Part shown: in pieces, positions 37,534 through 50,851 of the stretch
Position numbering within the stretch: position 1 is the first letter of the stretch
How the letters are laid out: every line of letters starts with the position of its first letter
Source: Phoronis australis
Lineage: Eukaryota > Animalia > Phoronida
DNA length: 64,000 nt
Direction: 5' to 3'
Assembly: GCA_002633005.1 (NCBI GenBank)
Contig: NMRA01000568.1
Span: forward strand, 1 to 64,000
The notes under the pieces: model-generated
What the model was told of the DNA's origin: nothing
Database searches by the model: none
What the model saw: only the letters and a program-made list of their open reading frames with translations
Position numbers and translations under genes: made by a program

Positions 37534-38494
37534 CAGTGACGGATCTAAGATATCACAAGGGGGGGCAAACATGCCTGTAAACATTTGCACAAAGCACGAT
37601 TGTAGATGCGCATAGCACCCAATGAGGGGAGGTCGGGAGGAGGGGTGGGGTTTGCCCCCTCCCGCCCAGGGAATTTTTCTGTTTTTTCCTCTACTAATCA
37701 AGCATTTTCCCGAAGTATTATCCAAGAAAAAAAACACGGAGAAAGTGTCAAACAGGAAAAACTGCAAATACCACAGACTCGAACTCACGACCTACGGATA
37801 GAGCGCGCGCGCTTTACCATTGCACCACCACGATTTATCTGCTAATTAGTTACTAATAGACCTACTTGTTTATTGTCCACAGCGTTTGCGCGCGAAACCT
37901 TCTTTTTATAATGTTTGTTACACTTTTTATATTCAGTGCAATCAGTTCGTAATAGATTTTTTTGTATTTAAAATAGTCTTCAATTGCCCAAAAGATCAAA
38001 TCTGTTATTTTTTGTTGGCATTAATGACGAGATTGCTTTGAAAATCGTCTTAAGGTTTGACAAAGAGAGAATTATGAGTTTCTGAGTGATTCACTAAGGC
38101 TTCGATTAAAATTCACATCTTACCACCAGCTTCTGTTTTTTCATCGTCACTCAGATTCCATTTTCTTTAAAAAATTAAATAAATTTCTTCATTGCACAGT
38201 GAAGCAGACGACGGAAACGGAGTCTTAGTGCGCAGCGCCACTGCCGGTCGCCTGGGATATCGCGGGAGAGCCTAATATTTAGCCATGGTTCCGTCACGAT
38301 TGAGCCATGTTCCGAATTTGACACTTGAAATTGGATCTGCCCCCCCCCCCCTCAAACACACTAAAACTGCACACATTTCAATCTTGTTTCCGCCGTATAA
38401 TGTTAAGTACCGGGGTTAATTAGTAAACTCAACATTTCCCTACGTTTTTGCTGTTTAATATTTTGCCCCCTGGGCCCCCCTATATCCGCCCATG
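37534..38494 (+). mobile_element. Complete 961-bp hAT-like MITE with tRNA-like cassette and 5-bp TSD
   Basis: Ends CAGTGACGGATCTAAG and TATATCCGCCCATG; TGTTA duplicated at 37529-37533 and 38495-38499; homologous to 7945-8750 and 39004-39731. Confidence 0.85.
37757..37835 (-). other. tRNA-derived Pol III promoter-like cassette inside the MITE (not an intact tRNA)
   Basis: Minus strand GGTGGTGCAATGGTAAAGCGC...GGTCGTGAGTTCGAGTC...TTTTT contains an A box, B box and T5 run; the T-stem and acceptor stem do not pair. Confidence 0.65.
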
Positions 38495-39003
38495 TGTTAC
38501 TCTCTCATGATTTTGCCAATCTGAAATAGGCCTGTGTTACTCTCTCATGTTTTTTGTATTTCGCACTCAACACGTCGCATCTTTAATAAATTTACAAACA
38601 ACACGTATCTTCTTTATATCTATAGTCTACTGTTTTTCTTCGTAGAAGATCGGATACACTAGTGCACAGTTTCGGGCACAGAAACTTTTTACTATTTCAT
38701 TATTTTCCTTGGCCACCATCCATACCTATAAGTATGTGATACTGTTTGGATTACAATACTGCTAAATTGCTGATTACGTATTATTCTCTAGTTAGACAAC
38801 ATTACTTCCCAAACATACCGTCTACATTTCGGCAAATTGGTCAAATAACACTTTCGTAGAAATGTGCAGTGTTCTACCGTCACTGTTACGCAACATTCCT
38901 GTACTATATATGAGACCTTCAAAAATATTTCCAATGTGGAATTAAAGAAATGTGTCGTTTTATAATTCTATTTGAAATGACAGTCATACTGGGCGACAGT
39001 CAA

Positions 39004-39731
39004 CACAGGCGGATTTAGGGGAGGGGGGGGGGGGCGCAAAAAATAAAACAGCAAGAGCGTAGGGAAATGTTGAGTTTTTCAATNGGGGGGGGGGCAGTGG
39101 CGCTAGGCACTCCGTTTCAGTCGTCTGCTCCAATGTGCAATGAAGAAAATTATTTCATTTTTTAAAGAAAATGGAATCTTTATGATAATGAAAAAACAGA
39201 AGATGTCAATTTTAATCAAAGCCTTAGTGAACCACTCAGAAACTCATAATTCTTTCTTTGTCATAACTTAAGTTAAGACGATTTCCAAGGCAATCGCGTC
39301 ATTATTGCCAACACAAAAAACGGAATGGTTTTTTGGGCAATTGAAGACTATTTTAAATACAACAAAATTTGTTACGAACTGATTGCACAAAATATAAAAC
39401 ATATAATACGCATTACAAAAAGAAGATTTCGCGCGCAAACGCTGTGGACCATAAACAAGTAGGTCTCTTAGTATCAAATCAGGAGTAAAATCGTGGTGGG
39501 GCAGTGGTAAAGCACGCGTGAGTTCGAGTCTGTGGCGCTTGCAGTTTTTCCTGTTTGACACTTTCTCCGTTTTTTGCCTTTTTTTTTCTTGGATACTACT
39601 TCGGGAATCAAAAGAAAATGCTTGATTTTTAGAGGGAAAAACAGAAAAATTTCCTGGGCGGAAGGGGGACAAACCGCTCATTCGTTGCTATGCGCATCTA
39701 CAATCGTGCTTTATTGAGCAAATGTTTACAG
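39004..39731 (-). mobile_element. Inverted, partly deleted copy of the tRNA-cassette hAT-like MITE
   Basis: Starts CACAGGCGGATTTAGGGG; reverse-complement homology to about 37575-38494. Confidence 0.85.
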
Positions 39732-40478
39732 ACAAAATGTTGAAATCAGCAGTTCAACGGTCGTCCGGAGTTTTTCAATCGAAATTTCTTACATAAACGT
39801 GTTTTTCTGTTTCTTTTATATTGCCAGTGGCACCCAGCTTCCTCCTAAACCATGTAACCGTCAAGAACGATATAATATTTGCAGACAGACGTACACAGGT
39901 CGCTCAGGGGTTCCCATTGCACTGCTCAACTCGAACTATTTTTATGCTTTATTAATATGTTGTTAAAACCGAGCTGAAGAGCTGGAGACCTGACTCGAGG
40001 GTCTAGCAGTGTGGCCCAGTGGGACTCAAGAGTCTAGCACGTACGCCTTACTCGCGTAAACACCTTTCCCGACATGTCAGTGTTAGAGCTGAAGCATGAT
40101 ATCATAACGTATTCAGGTAATTGTTCCCATCCTCCCAAAATGTATTGGCTAGCAATTATAATTATCAGGTTATCAAATTTTCAAATTGGATTCGGCCATT
40201 TAGGAAAGCGAGTTTTGTAGTGTATAGCAAAAATTTATTACGCTCAGCGGGGAATTCAATCTGGAGATTAGCACTTGGTGTTTTACACCGGCTTTGATGA
40301 GCACCACGCACCGCCCACGTGGGCTACGTCGCAACCTACTGTTCATGATAACTCGGCCTGGGTACACGGCTCTGCCTCGTCACCTCTTTGTTGAGTGCCG
40401 CCATTTTGATATGCGCAAAGATTGCTACGAAAATTGTGGCTGTTCGGAAGAGATTGCCAGGAATACGCCTCTATGGTG

Positions 40479-40480
<2 letters not shown>

Positions 40481-40522
<42 letters not shown>
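40481..40522. repeat. (GT)n microsatellite
   Basis: About 20 TG dinucleotides. Confidence 0.95.
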
Positions 40523-40526
<4 letters not shown>

Positions 40527-42222
40527 ATGTATACGTGCGTGCGTCTGCGTGTGTGATAATTCGAGCGACGAAAACAACAGGTGTGTTCAAATCCGTTATA
40601 GGTTTCAACTATCATTTACAGTACCGTGAAAAAGTATGCTCCGGTGATTAAATTTAAGTAACCACATAACAGTTTTAATAGTCTACGGTATAGAAAACAC
40701 GTACCCCGCCACAATCCGAAAATCGCCTGCGAGAAGGCGTGTGAAATAGTTCGAGTTCATCTGATTATCCACCTTCGGATTAATGTCAGCTGATGTTTTT
40801 GTAGTTTAAGTTATTTAGTTTTCCATTTCGATTCATACCAGCACCCCAAGTGCTTTGATTTCAGACTGTCCCGAAGAGCGTCCCGAGCGAGTGTTACTTA
40901 GCCTAAGGGCCGGTAACAGCAAGTCCAACGCAATCTATCATTGGTTGATTGCAAACACGACGTTACGGTATACTCATTTTTGGCATTTTTCTCAAATTTA
41001 GAATCCTATTTAAGTTGTAGCACAGTTTCCGGTAACCCATACCGAAGAGTAAAATAGAAAAACGAATACCTTAACCTCGGCTATATGTTCTAGGAATAAA
41101 CATAGGAAGCGAGATGGACCAGGTCAGAAGAATTCTTGAAATATGTAGCTTAAATGTTGAAGTGAGGTGTTGCTTTCCTAATTTATTTGACCTCTACGTG
41201 AAGGTGTATGTATAGAAAAACGTTGAATTTGAACTCACATTAATGCATGCGCAGATCGGAACCTATTATGTATTGTAATTGTTATATCTGGCGCAATAGA
41301 CGATACTGTTTGGCAAGGGTGCCATTCTCCCATCCGGTACCAACTTCCATGATCTGTTTTGATTCACGCATGCGCAGTGGCGTCCACGACAGAAATTGCT
41401 GGCTATGATAGAGGACCGCCGTTAAATGCAACAGCTCTGAATTGTCATACGTATGTCTTATTTCTCTCATCTCCTGTAATTTTTTAAACAAACATTTATT
41501 TAATTATTGCTCAAGTATTTCAACTACACTCTATTCATGTTTAGGTAACTTTTATGAGATACGAAATTAGAAGCACAGTTTTACTGTAAACCAAAACAAA
41601 ATGACCTGCATCATGTCGCCTTTTTCACGTAAAGTATGATTCAAGTTACTGCCGCAAAAGTTATGAAAGCGTGATTTTTCTGTTCAATTGACATAGTTAA
41701 GCGGCCACAATCCCGCCATCCAACAGGTTGTTTGGTTGACTCTTTTGATAATTTTCATTTGTCCTTCGATCTACGAGTCAATAAATTGGTTAAAACGACA
41801 TGTGACTTTGGCAGACAGTCAATTTTTAATTTTATATGATGTAGCCCTTTTAACGCATGCTACATGTCAGGACGACTGTGTCTTCTAAAGTTATTGTTCC
41901 ATATGTCGATTGAAACAACTCATCAAAAAGAAATATTGCCCCATTTAATTAAAACTAAAACTGATTGATCGGCGACAAATCTCGGTGTGTTTCTGATGAC
42001 AGTCCAATCTGATGATTCGCAATTGCTTTTACTGGATGATTTAAAGTAAATTACCATGAATTAAACACACGAATTGCAATTTAAAAGTCTTCGATAGAAT
42101 TGATTACATACAGTAACACCTGACAACCAATAAACAGATATTCACTGAAATCAAATTTTCAGGTATTTTGTAGTCGGTACACTCGAACGAATGACGAACG
42201 AATACATGTATTGTTCGTGAAA

Positions 42223-42378
42223 CTGTCATAGAGTAGCGCGTGTGTGGACACGCTGTCATAGAGTAGCGCGTGTGTGGACACGCTGTCATAGAGTAGCGCG
42301 TGTGTGGACACGCTGTCATAGAGTAGCGCGTGTGTGGACACGCTGTCATAGAGTAGCGCGTGTGTGGACACGCTGTCA
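42223..42378. repeat. Perfect 30-bp minisatellite (5 units)
   Basis: CTGTCATAGAGTAGCGCGTGTGTGGACACG repeated five times. Confidence 0.95.
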
Positions 42379-45300
42379 ACGCCATGTACGGTGTAGTCTT
42401 AGTCTTATAACAATGGAATCAAGGTTGGGGTTTTAGAAAATTCCTGGTTTCAAAACTGAAAAAATATGATTTTTCCCAGAACCGTAGCCCAGTAATTTTG
42501 TGGTAAATACTAAGTGCTGTTGTATTGAAATCATTGCTAACAACTTCATTATCGAACGGGAATACACTCATCGTAATTGCGTGTTTTTATTTTAACTTAT
42601 TACTTGACGAGACACTTAGTAAGCTAATTATAACTGCAGCTGTACATAACCACGTCATTCAAACTAATATTTTAGCTAGCCATTATCTAACCCTTTTACT
42701 TTTTATGTTTTATTTTGCACTTGTGTGACGTAATGCATGAGGAAAAAACGGTAAAATAAGGGTAATTTGCGTATAAATTATAATTTGTCACGATTCTAAC
42801 GAATACTATTTAGCAAAATGTCTTGATTTAGGTGAGTGGATTAAGATGCCAATCTAAGGAAACTAATGACAGATAGTGTGATGTATGGCTATAGGATGTA
42901 CTGAAATAAGTGCTACATTTCTACAAACGAACAATTTTAATGTACTTTGTTATATACTTTATTAAAATAAGATTCAAATCAAAATGATTACACCCACATT
43001 TGAATTGTTAAGCCTACTGACAAACATTGCTATCAATGCGGGAAATATTTTGCGGGACACTTGCTGGTTGCCAATACAACTGTAAACGCCGAACGCGGCC
43101 AATTATTCGGTGATCACGTGCCGAGAAAGTAAATCGGCACATCCAATCTGCCTCACTTCATTTATGCAATGCGCAATTTGCAAATTTCGTCAAGACCAAA
43201 GGTGAAGTAGGGAGGGTAATTTTATAATTAGGATAAAACACCAAAATTCAATAAATAACTAGTCCAATGTGAAACAATATTGACTCAGTGGGATTTGCAT
43301 AGCTATTGGTAGTTCGCTTTTAATTGCATAGCTACTGGCTACTCGTTTTCATGTTGACGGTCATCCCACAATGGATCATCTGATTAATGCAAACGGGAGT
43401 TGCTTGACAAGATATTATTAACACAATCGTCTGATAATGAGTCAGTTAATCATTCGTCCGCATTTAAGAACGCAGTGCAGTGCAGACAATCTTTTGGTCT
43501 TAAGCATATTTTTCACGGACTTCCTTAGGATCGACGACATGCACATTTTAATTCAAAATCAAATGTGTGAATGTGACTGATTTCGTACAAATCATAACAC
43601 CGAAATATGATATATGCACCTTAGGAACGCGCAGGGGATGCCTGTTGAAATAAATATAACCTCTTTTCAAACTGACGAGACAATACGTCACCACAACACC
43701 TCAATATAAAACATCGGCAGGAACAGCATTTTCAACATTATGCAACGCTTGCATAACGCATGTTAGGGCTTCACGTTAAAAGCGACGAAATGTTGCTGCC
43801 ACCCAGTTCTTTCCACTGATTGCGACTATTCATCTCCCGCCAAGGCAAGACCAACTTGTTAAGCATAAAATAAGTACAATGATCTTATCAGTTCTGTCTG
43901 GGCACAACTCGTGTGACAAATCTTCGACAGTCCGCGGAATAAGCACATCGTTTGACTTCTAAGTGCGTCACACGTTGCAGATCCATCGTATTTGTCTGGA
44001 AAAATCGAAAATGATTGACAGGCTACATGAACTGCAAAAAGTAAATGTGCGTAGTGGCGGATTTAGAAGGAGGACCAAAGGGGCCATGGCCCCTTTAAAT
44101 TTGTGTCTACGACTGAGAGATAAAAAAATCAACATGTTAGTGGTCAATGCAGCTCCTACAAGTAAACTCGTTCTCCTTAATAAGTCTGCACGTAGTCAAG
44201 TCCTCAAAACTCATGAAACTACATTTTCAAAACCAATCCTTAATTATCACTAAATCTTAATATGCGTATACAAAATAAGAATTTCAAGAGACCATCGTGA
44301 TTTTTCGCGCGCTTTTCCGCAAGAAATATAAAGTTCTTTTTCTTTATTGTGTTACTAGGCACAGAGTTAAGGTGTTTGGGAATTTCTGCCTCGCATTTTA
44401 CTCGAGAACTTAGTGATCAAAAAGCGAATCTTCCAAATGTTTTTTTTACTAAAAACAGCCAAACACTATCGAACTTAGGAGTATTGGGAGAGAGTGGATG
44501 CTGATGAGATAACTAACTGCATTCCAACAGTATATACTGAATAAGGTAACTCAAGGACTCATTCGAACAGTGTATACTGAATAAGGTGACTCAAGGACTC
44601 AAGACTTTTTAAACTTCGCTGCAATATCACTTTTTACGAGGTTAGTCAACTAGACAAAATTGAGCCGCTTCTTTGTGAACTGCCCCTTCAATAATCGTTT
44701 TAATGATGGAAATGACTTGATAAGAAGAAAGTGAAAATACTAGACAAGTGTGTGAGAGTGATTTGCATGTTATGCATCAGTGGTAATGAAATACACTTTT
44801 AACATTCAAAACTAAATAGTGAACGATGAATTAAGGTCATGTAGGGCCCAGGAAAAGTGTCCAAATATGGCTAACTTCGGAACATCATATCGCAGGAATA
44901 GCTGGTCAGGTTAATATGAATCTTGTCAGCCATGGACATTTTAAAAATACCTGAAACTGACAACACGGATGACCATGGTCTATGGGCGGTGCACCACAGG
45001 GAGGCTGGGGAGATATAACCCCCATTTTTTCAGTGCTGCGCCGCCCATGCCGTAGTGCAAACTTCTGGAGATTAACCTTTGATTGACCAATCCGGCACCA
45101 CCATTCTTTGGTACTACTTGGATTATGAGCGGAAAAACGGAATACCTGGCTATTACAAATAGCCACGGGTCCAGGAGCAAACAAGCCAACGTCTATGTAA
45201 AATTGACAGAAGAAATGCTTGGTAGCTCATGCATCCTCGCGGATTGCCGTCACTGGTAAAAGATTTGGCTTCAACCAGCGGGATTAACATAGGCCTACTA

Positions 45301-47482
45301 CCGCTCTTTTGATAAGAATGAAATACTCACATGTTTAAGTTCTGTAATTGGATAGCAGCAGTCGTGACTGTTGAAGCTACGTGGGCTCGTTTTGACACAC
45401 ACTTTTGGATAGATGGCACCCTGGAAGGGTTCGTAATGAAGCCCAAACGGTGTTTCTGCACGGGCAACTTCGCATTCCATTCTGGCTTCCAGGATTAGCA
45501 GATGAGATAGTAACGTTGTGAGACACAAAGCACTACCCAAAATGTTCATGTTTTTAGCGGTGTCTGAAAAGAAAACAGGTACTCACAGAATATCTATTGG
45601 ACAAAATCAACTGAAAAATTGCTACAACTAAAGCAACGAGGCAGCCCCCAGTCGAGACCCGTTTTACCTCCAGATGCACCCATGACAGCGTCATTGGTTC
45701 TTTCCACCTCCGGCGACAGTGTTACGGGAAGTTGTCAGCAACGATCAGTGATTACCTGCACTCACTCATCCACGGGTAAAACGTGACAACAAACTAATTC
45801 AATTTTGTGAAACTTTTGCGCCTGTGTGGTTCCTATCACCGCTGCTTCATTCCTCTATGGTATTTGTCAATTGTCGCACCCCTTGCCAATGGCGTGCCAT
45901 GCAGACTTCTTGTCTTTGGGGCAAACACCATGGAGACACCCAAGTTTCCAACAATTTTGCGAAAATTGATAAATTTTTATACCGGGAGCCATGATGCGGC
46001 TTGGGCATGACTTTGATATTTAGGTGTCATATTTTATGAACACATGTTTTGCTAGGGTGCCGAAAAAATGTACTGCCAAAATTACTCTTTATATGTAAAA
46101 GTAAGGTGAAAAGGTTTACACAGGCAACGAAATGCTGAGGAATAGTGAGGGAAACAGCGACATCTCGGAATGAGTAGATGGAAAATTGTACCCGCAACAT
46201 CAGTCACGTTTTGCTGTATTTCCCAGAGTCGAAATGAGGTCTCAGGGTATAAGATATACTTTATCAAGGTCCAGTGTGTAGCAAGTTCACTTTGTCAGGA
46301 CCATGCATTGAAAGGGTACATGTAGAAAGGTTTCTGCTGCCTTACCACTGATACACTGTGTTAGGGACTGTTTATTGAAATGGATACCCGAGTTTCTAAT
46401 CGCTGCCGTAAGGCGTGGAAATGATATATGAACTGCCCGAATTTCACCATCCAATATTCACAGAAACTCTAACTTCTTAGAGTTGATAGGATGAATGTTC
46501 ATAGGTGGCGCTGTAGATTTCTAACCCGTCCTGGGCCTTTCGTCAGGGTACTGGCGGGCCCGAAAGCTAGGTTCCCAACCACAAGCCGGTAGTCGATAGG
46601 TAACTACTCTATTCCGCATTCTTAGAGGAATATTTCAGATTGACAAAAATCACTAAGTGAACTTTGCTGTTTGGGGTAAGATGATAAAGATTCCCCAAAT
46701 TTTAGCCTGCATCAAAGTTCACGTACAATTGTAAACATATCGTTAATGAATACAGAAAAATGTAAAGCCGGTCGCTTCGAAGCTTTCACCCTCACTCACT
46801 TAATTAGGAGTGATGTCCCCTGTTTCATGAGTGGAAGGCGCTCGCCATCCTGCTTCCCTCTTTCTACGCTTATGCAACAACAACGACAACGACAACGACA
46901 AAAACGACAACAGCAAAAGTAAATGTTTGTGTTTTTAAATTGTTGGAAATTTTAATCAAATTTTCATTTACGAATGCGGATTTTCACCAGAGTTCATAAA
47001 CAACATGCAGTTACGTCCTCACTCCCTGCATGGTGGATTGGCTGCCTTGATTGGCTTCGCCGATTCTGGAGGGTGTACTTACCGGCCAAGACATCTGATT
47101 GGTTCTCGATCACGACTTCCGACTTACAGAACAATCAGATGTCTTATCCGTCAAGTTTAGCCAATGGTTGTTTCTCACTTTTTGAAAAGAATTACTGCAA
47201 AGCAACGGTGCACCTCACACGGTATTAGCCTTATACACAATAATACGAATCAAGTTATTGAATTATTAAATAGAATAAACGAATGTTGGCTAAATGTTTA
47301 TTAAATGCAATTGCTAACTTTAGAAATCCTATAGGAGTATTTGACACAATCATTCACACCAGTTCTTAAAATAGAAAACACCGAATGTAAACGGTCTCCA
47401 AATAATCTTTGAAATAGAGTGTAGACTGTTTCGTAAAATCCCACTATGAAGTTCACAGAGATCAACACGCGACACTGAAGCG

Positions 47483-47860
47483 ACAGACGAACAGACAGAC
47501 AGACAGACAGACAGACAGGCAGGCAGGCAGCAGGCAGACAGACAGACATACAGACAGACAGACAAGCAGAGATGCACAGACAGACAGACAGAGAGACTGA
47601 CAGACATGCAGGCACACAGAAGGAGAGGGAGAGGGAGAGGAACCTTTATTTTTTAAATCATATAAAACATTCATTGTTATATGACTGGGTGGCCAGCGAA
47701 GGCACGGGCCGCTATTAGCTGACCACCAGAGAGACATGCGTACATACAGACAGACAAGTAATCAGATAGACAGACAGACACACGCAAGCACGCACGCACG
47801 TACGCACACGCACGCGTACAACCACATCCACCCACGCATCCACCCACCCAACCACCCACA
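47483..47860. repeat. Compound tetranucleotide microsatellites (ACAG, GCAG, GCAC, CCAC)
   Basis: Runs at 47483-47605 and 47745-47860. Confidence 0.9.
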
Positions 47861-50444
47861 TCGACACATTCAGTTATCCATCTCATGCATATGAGATTTG
47901 GTAGGTATGTTCTAAAATGAGATAACCTCCATTGTTTCCTCCGGAGTGTCGGTCTTAAATCGAACGCATAAAAACGAGTGAATGTAGCGTATGGTGAATT
48001 TCTTCGTGAAAGGATGTGCTGCTTATTAGTGATTAGGCCACTCTCTTTAAAAGTATTTAACTGAAGTCTAGTAAGTTACGCATTGTAATCTACAAAGAAG
48101 TGTAATGCTATGGTGCTAAGGCACGTGTTTAAACTGCTTTCTGTTTCCATGTCAACCTTCAGAGTTTCGATGAAAACTGGGATTTACTTGTTAACTGACT
48201 TCGTGCTCATAAATTTCAATAAATGAGCGTTTTGCCACAGTTAAGAACCATTCCACGAGAAAATCAAAAGAAATCAAAACATAACTGTAGGTGTCATCTT
48301 CCAGATTCAGCTTTAAGTTTGTGTATCTGATCATGGTTTGGCTCTGATACAAAAATCACCAATTTTGCACTTATTGACCTCTTACTTTTTTACCTATAGA
48401 CCTTCAAAGGTTTACGAAGAAAAATGACACATTTTTGCATACCGAAAACAGCAAATTTCCTATATAAAAACAGGTAGATTGTATGCAATGAGAGAAAACA
48501 TAATGATATTAAAAAGTGGGACATGAGGACTACCAAATGAAATTGATGTTAATGATTTCTCACCATGCATCACGTAACAGCAGAGGTGACTCCGTAAGCG
48601 CTTTTTGTAGTGTCACTAAAGTGCTTCTACAAGCCAATTTGCGGGGCTGTGGACATTGAAATTCATGTTTTTGGACATATCTTCGATATGTAAACAAATT
48701 CAGGAAATCTCTTGAAAGAGCTTTTTCATTTTTGTGTTCTAAAAGTGACCCAATATTGCTTATTCAACATTTTAAGCGAATGTTTTTGTAACTTCGTTAC
48801 GTTTAAAATGGTTTCAAGAACGATAATTAATGGGAATCAACGTTATAGGGACCATAATGCTGTTTGAAATATCCATATTACTATTTCACCCAGTGAGCGT
48901 TCATAACTGACCGTGGGTGATTATACAGGCACAAGTGATGACACAATTGCTTGCAGTCAATACCCAAAACGGGCGACGACCTTAATGACAATTTTTAGGC
49001 TGACATGAATGATTCATGTGATTTTTAATCCAATATTTCGATTTGTGCAATATTTCAAGGCAATTAGCTTTATTTGTAAAAAATCTTGAATTGAGGGTTC
49101 GAGACCGTATGAAGCTGTCGAATCGAAAATTATTTTTTTATTTTGAAAACAAAAGCCTACATCACAGGAAGGGCATCAATGTCTGAAATACAAAAATCGC
49201 ATAGTGTACTCAAAAGTTATTGCTATTTATGCGTCAAATTTTGACTTTATTTCGGTCGGATCGGCCATCTTGGGATTTCAGCAGCATTGGTTACGTAAGT
49301 GCTTAAACATTATTTTTACAAATATTCTAGCAGTAAATTTAGTAACACATATGTTTACCTACCATAACGTACAACCCAAGAGTTTACACCAGAGTTTAAT
49401 CACGCAAGTGTAACTTATTGAATTGAGTTGTGCTCACAATTCACGTTGGACAACATGACGACTTTTCTGAACTGGAAGGCACGTTCAACCGACTACATTG
49501 TCATCTGTGAGGATTTAACTATAATGCATTTGCAGACACATTACTACAAAAAGCAGTTTTGTACAATTTTTGGTGATTGAACCACAACTATTATGAATCG
49601 TTTATTTATTTCAATGGGAAGTAGTGCCTATTCAATTGACCATGAATTGTATTAATTTCTGTTGAACTTGTTCTGAAATCGTTTTTATTTGAAAGTCAAC
49701 TTTTGTTCAAGGTATGAGTGTGGACACATATTTTTCTAAATTCTATGCATAAATTGTGTTGTGATTCATATTTTGTAACTAGTTACTTTCTACTTCAAGA
49801 AATACCAAAGCAACAAAATGTGAAAAATCTTAATTGATTTACAGAAATGGGTTGCATTTAGATTATGAAATGTGAAGCTTACTCGAATCCTTTTGCGTCA
49901 TAGCTTCATATTATTTATTATCATGATAGTCAATTTCTAGTTTATGGACACAAACGTTTATGGTATTCAGTCGCCATGGTGACAGTTATGCATGTCTACT
50001 TTCATACTTAACGTGATCTTGGTTCACCCTGTATTACTGAAATTTTCCAGAGTAAATTCTACGTTACTTACCGTGGCAAAATGCTGCGTAGTTTGTGTAT
50101 TAATTTGTACTGAGATCACTTCGCTAGCTTTAAGCCATAGCTACAATGAAAATTTTGAAACCCGTGCGTCCAATGTCTTTAAGAGATGTTATTTTTCCCC
50201 ATGGGAGTCTGACCGCAAGTGACAAAATCAGATTTGGGTGGAATAGGTTAAACAATTAGCATCGTGTAGAAATGACAAAACTCAGATTACGGTGACTTTA
50301 TATAGTTTACGTAATGATTATCAGGTAAATAAGGTGGATGTTACCATGGCACCAGTTAACAGCTGACGAGGGGGGGGGGGCACAGCTTAGACGCATGCCC
50401 GGCCGATTTCCACAGTGCTAAAACTGTCACTGGTGTGGTATTGC

Positions 50445-50851
50445 TGTCGAAATTACGACTGACACTGTTCTTGGTTTTGCTTTGTTTTACTGTTCTGTTT
50501 GTGTTATTGATTGGCATGACCCCTGAGGTCAGTGCAGTGATGATGTAATTTGTTTACTGCATAGTAGTGCGTAACTTTCTGAAGACTCTAGCATGTCAGT
50601 GATTAGTGTAGTCTGGAATATTTTAGAGACTATATGTTTGTATAATGATTGGGTAGATTCCGGGAAGTTCTGGCATGTGCTTGAATTAGTGAAAAATTCT
50701 AGAACATTGCATTAGTCCAGTAATACACAAGCACGGGTTTGTCAGAAAAAGCAGTTCAGCAGTCAGAGTAAAGCAGTTAACAGTTAAACAGTTGAGAGAA
50801 TTACAGTTGAGTTGCAGTGAAGATAATCAGCAGTTACAGCAAGAGTCAACA
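50445..50851 (+). mobile_element. Truncated LTR, homologous to the first about 400 bp of the LTR at 58129
   Basis: Starts TGTCGAAATTACGACTGACACTG vs TGTCAGAATTGAGACTGACACTG; colinear up to GAGTCAACA, then interrupted. Confidence 0.85.

Noticed and set aside
1-42378. Arrays of 23-46 bp partly palindromic repeats as CRISPR arrays
   Set aside because: Units are directly adjacent with no unique spacers, no cas genes are present, and the context is spliceosomal; these are minisatellites.
45298-45549. 83-aa minus-strand ORF near GTGAGT donors
   Set aside because: No recognisable domain or partner exons; the surroundings look transposon-derived.
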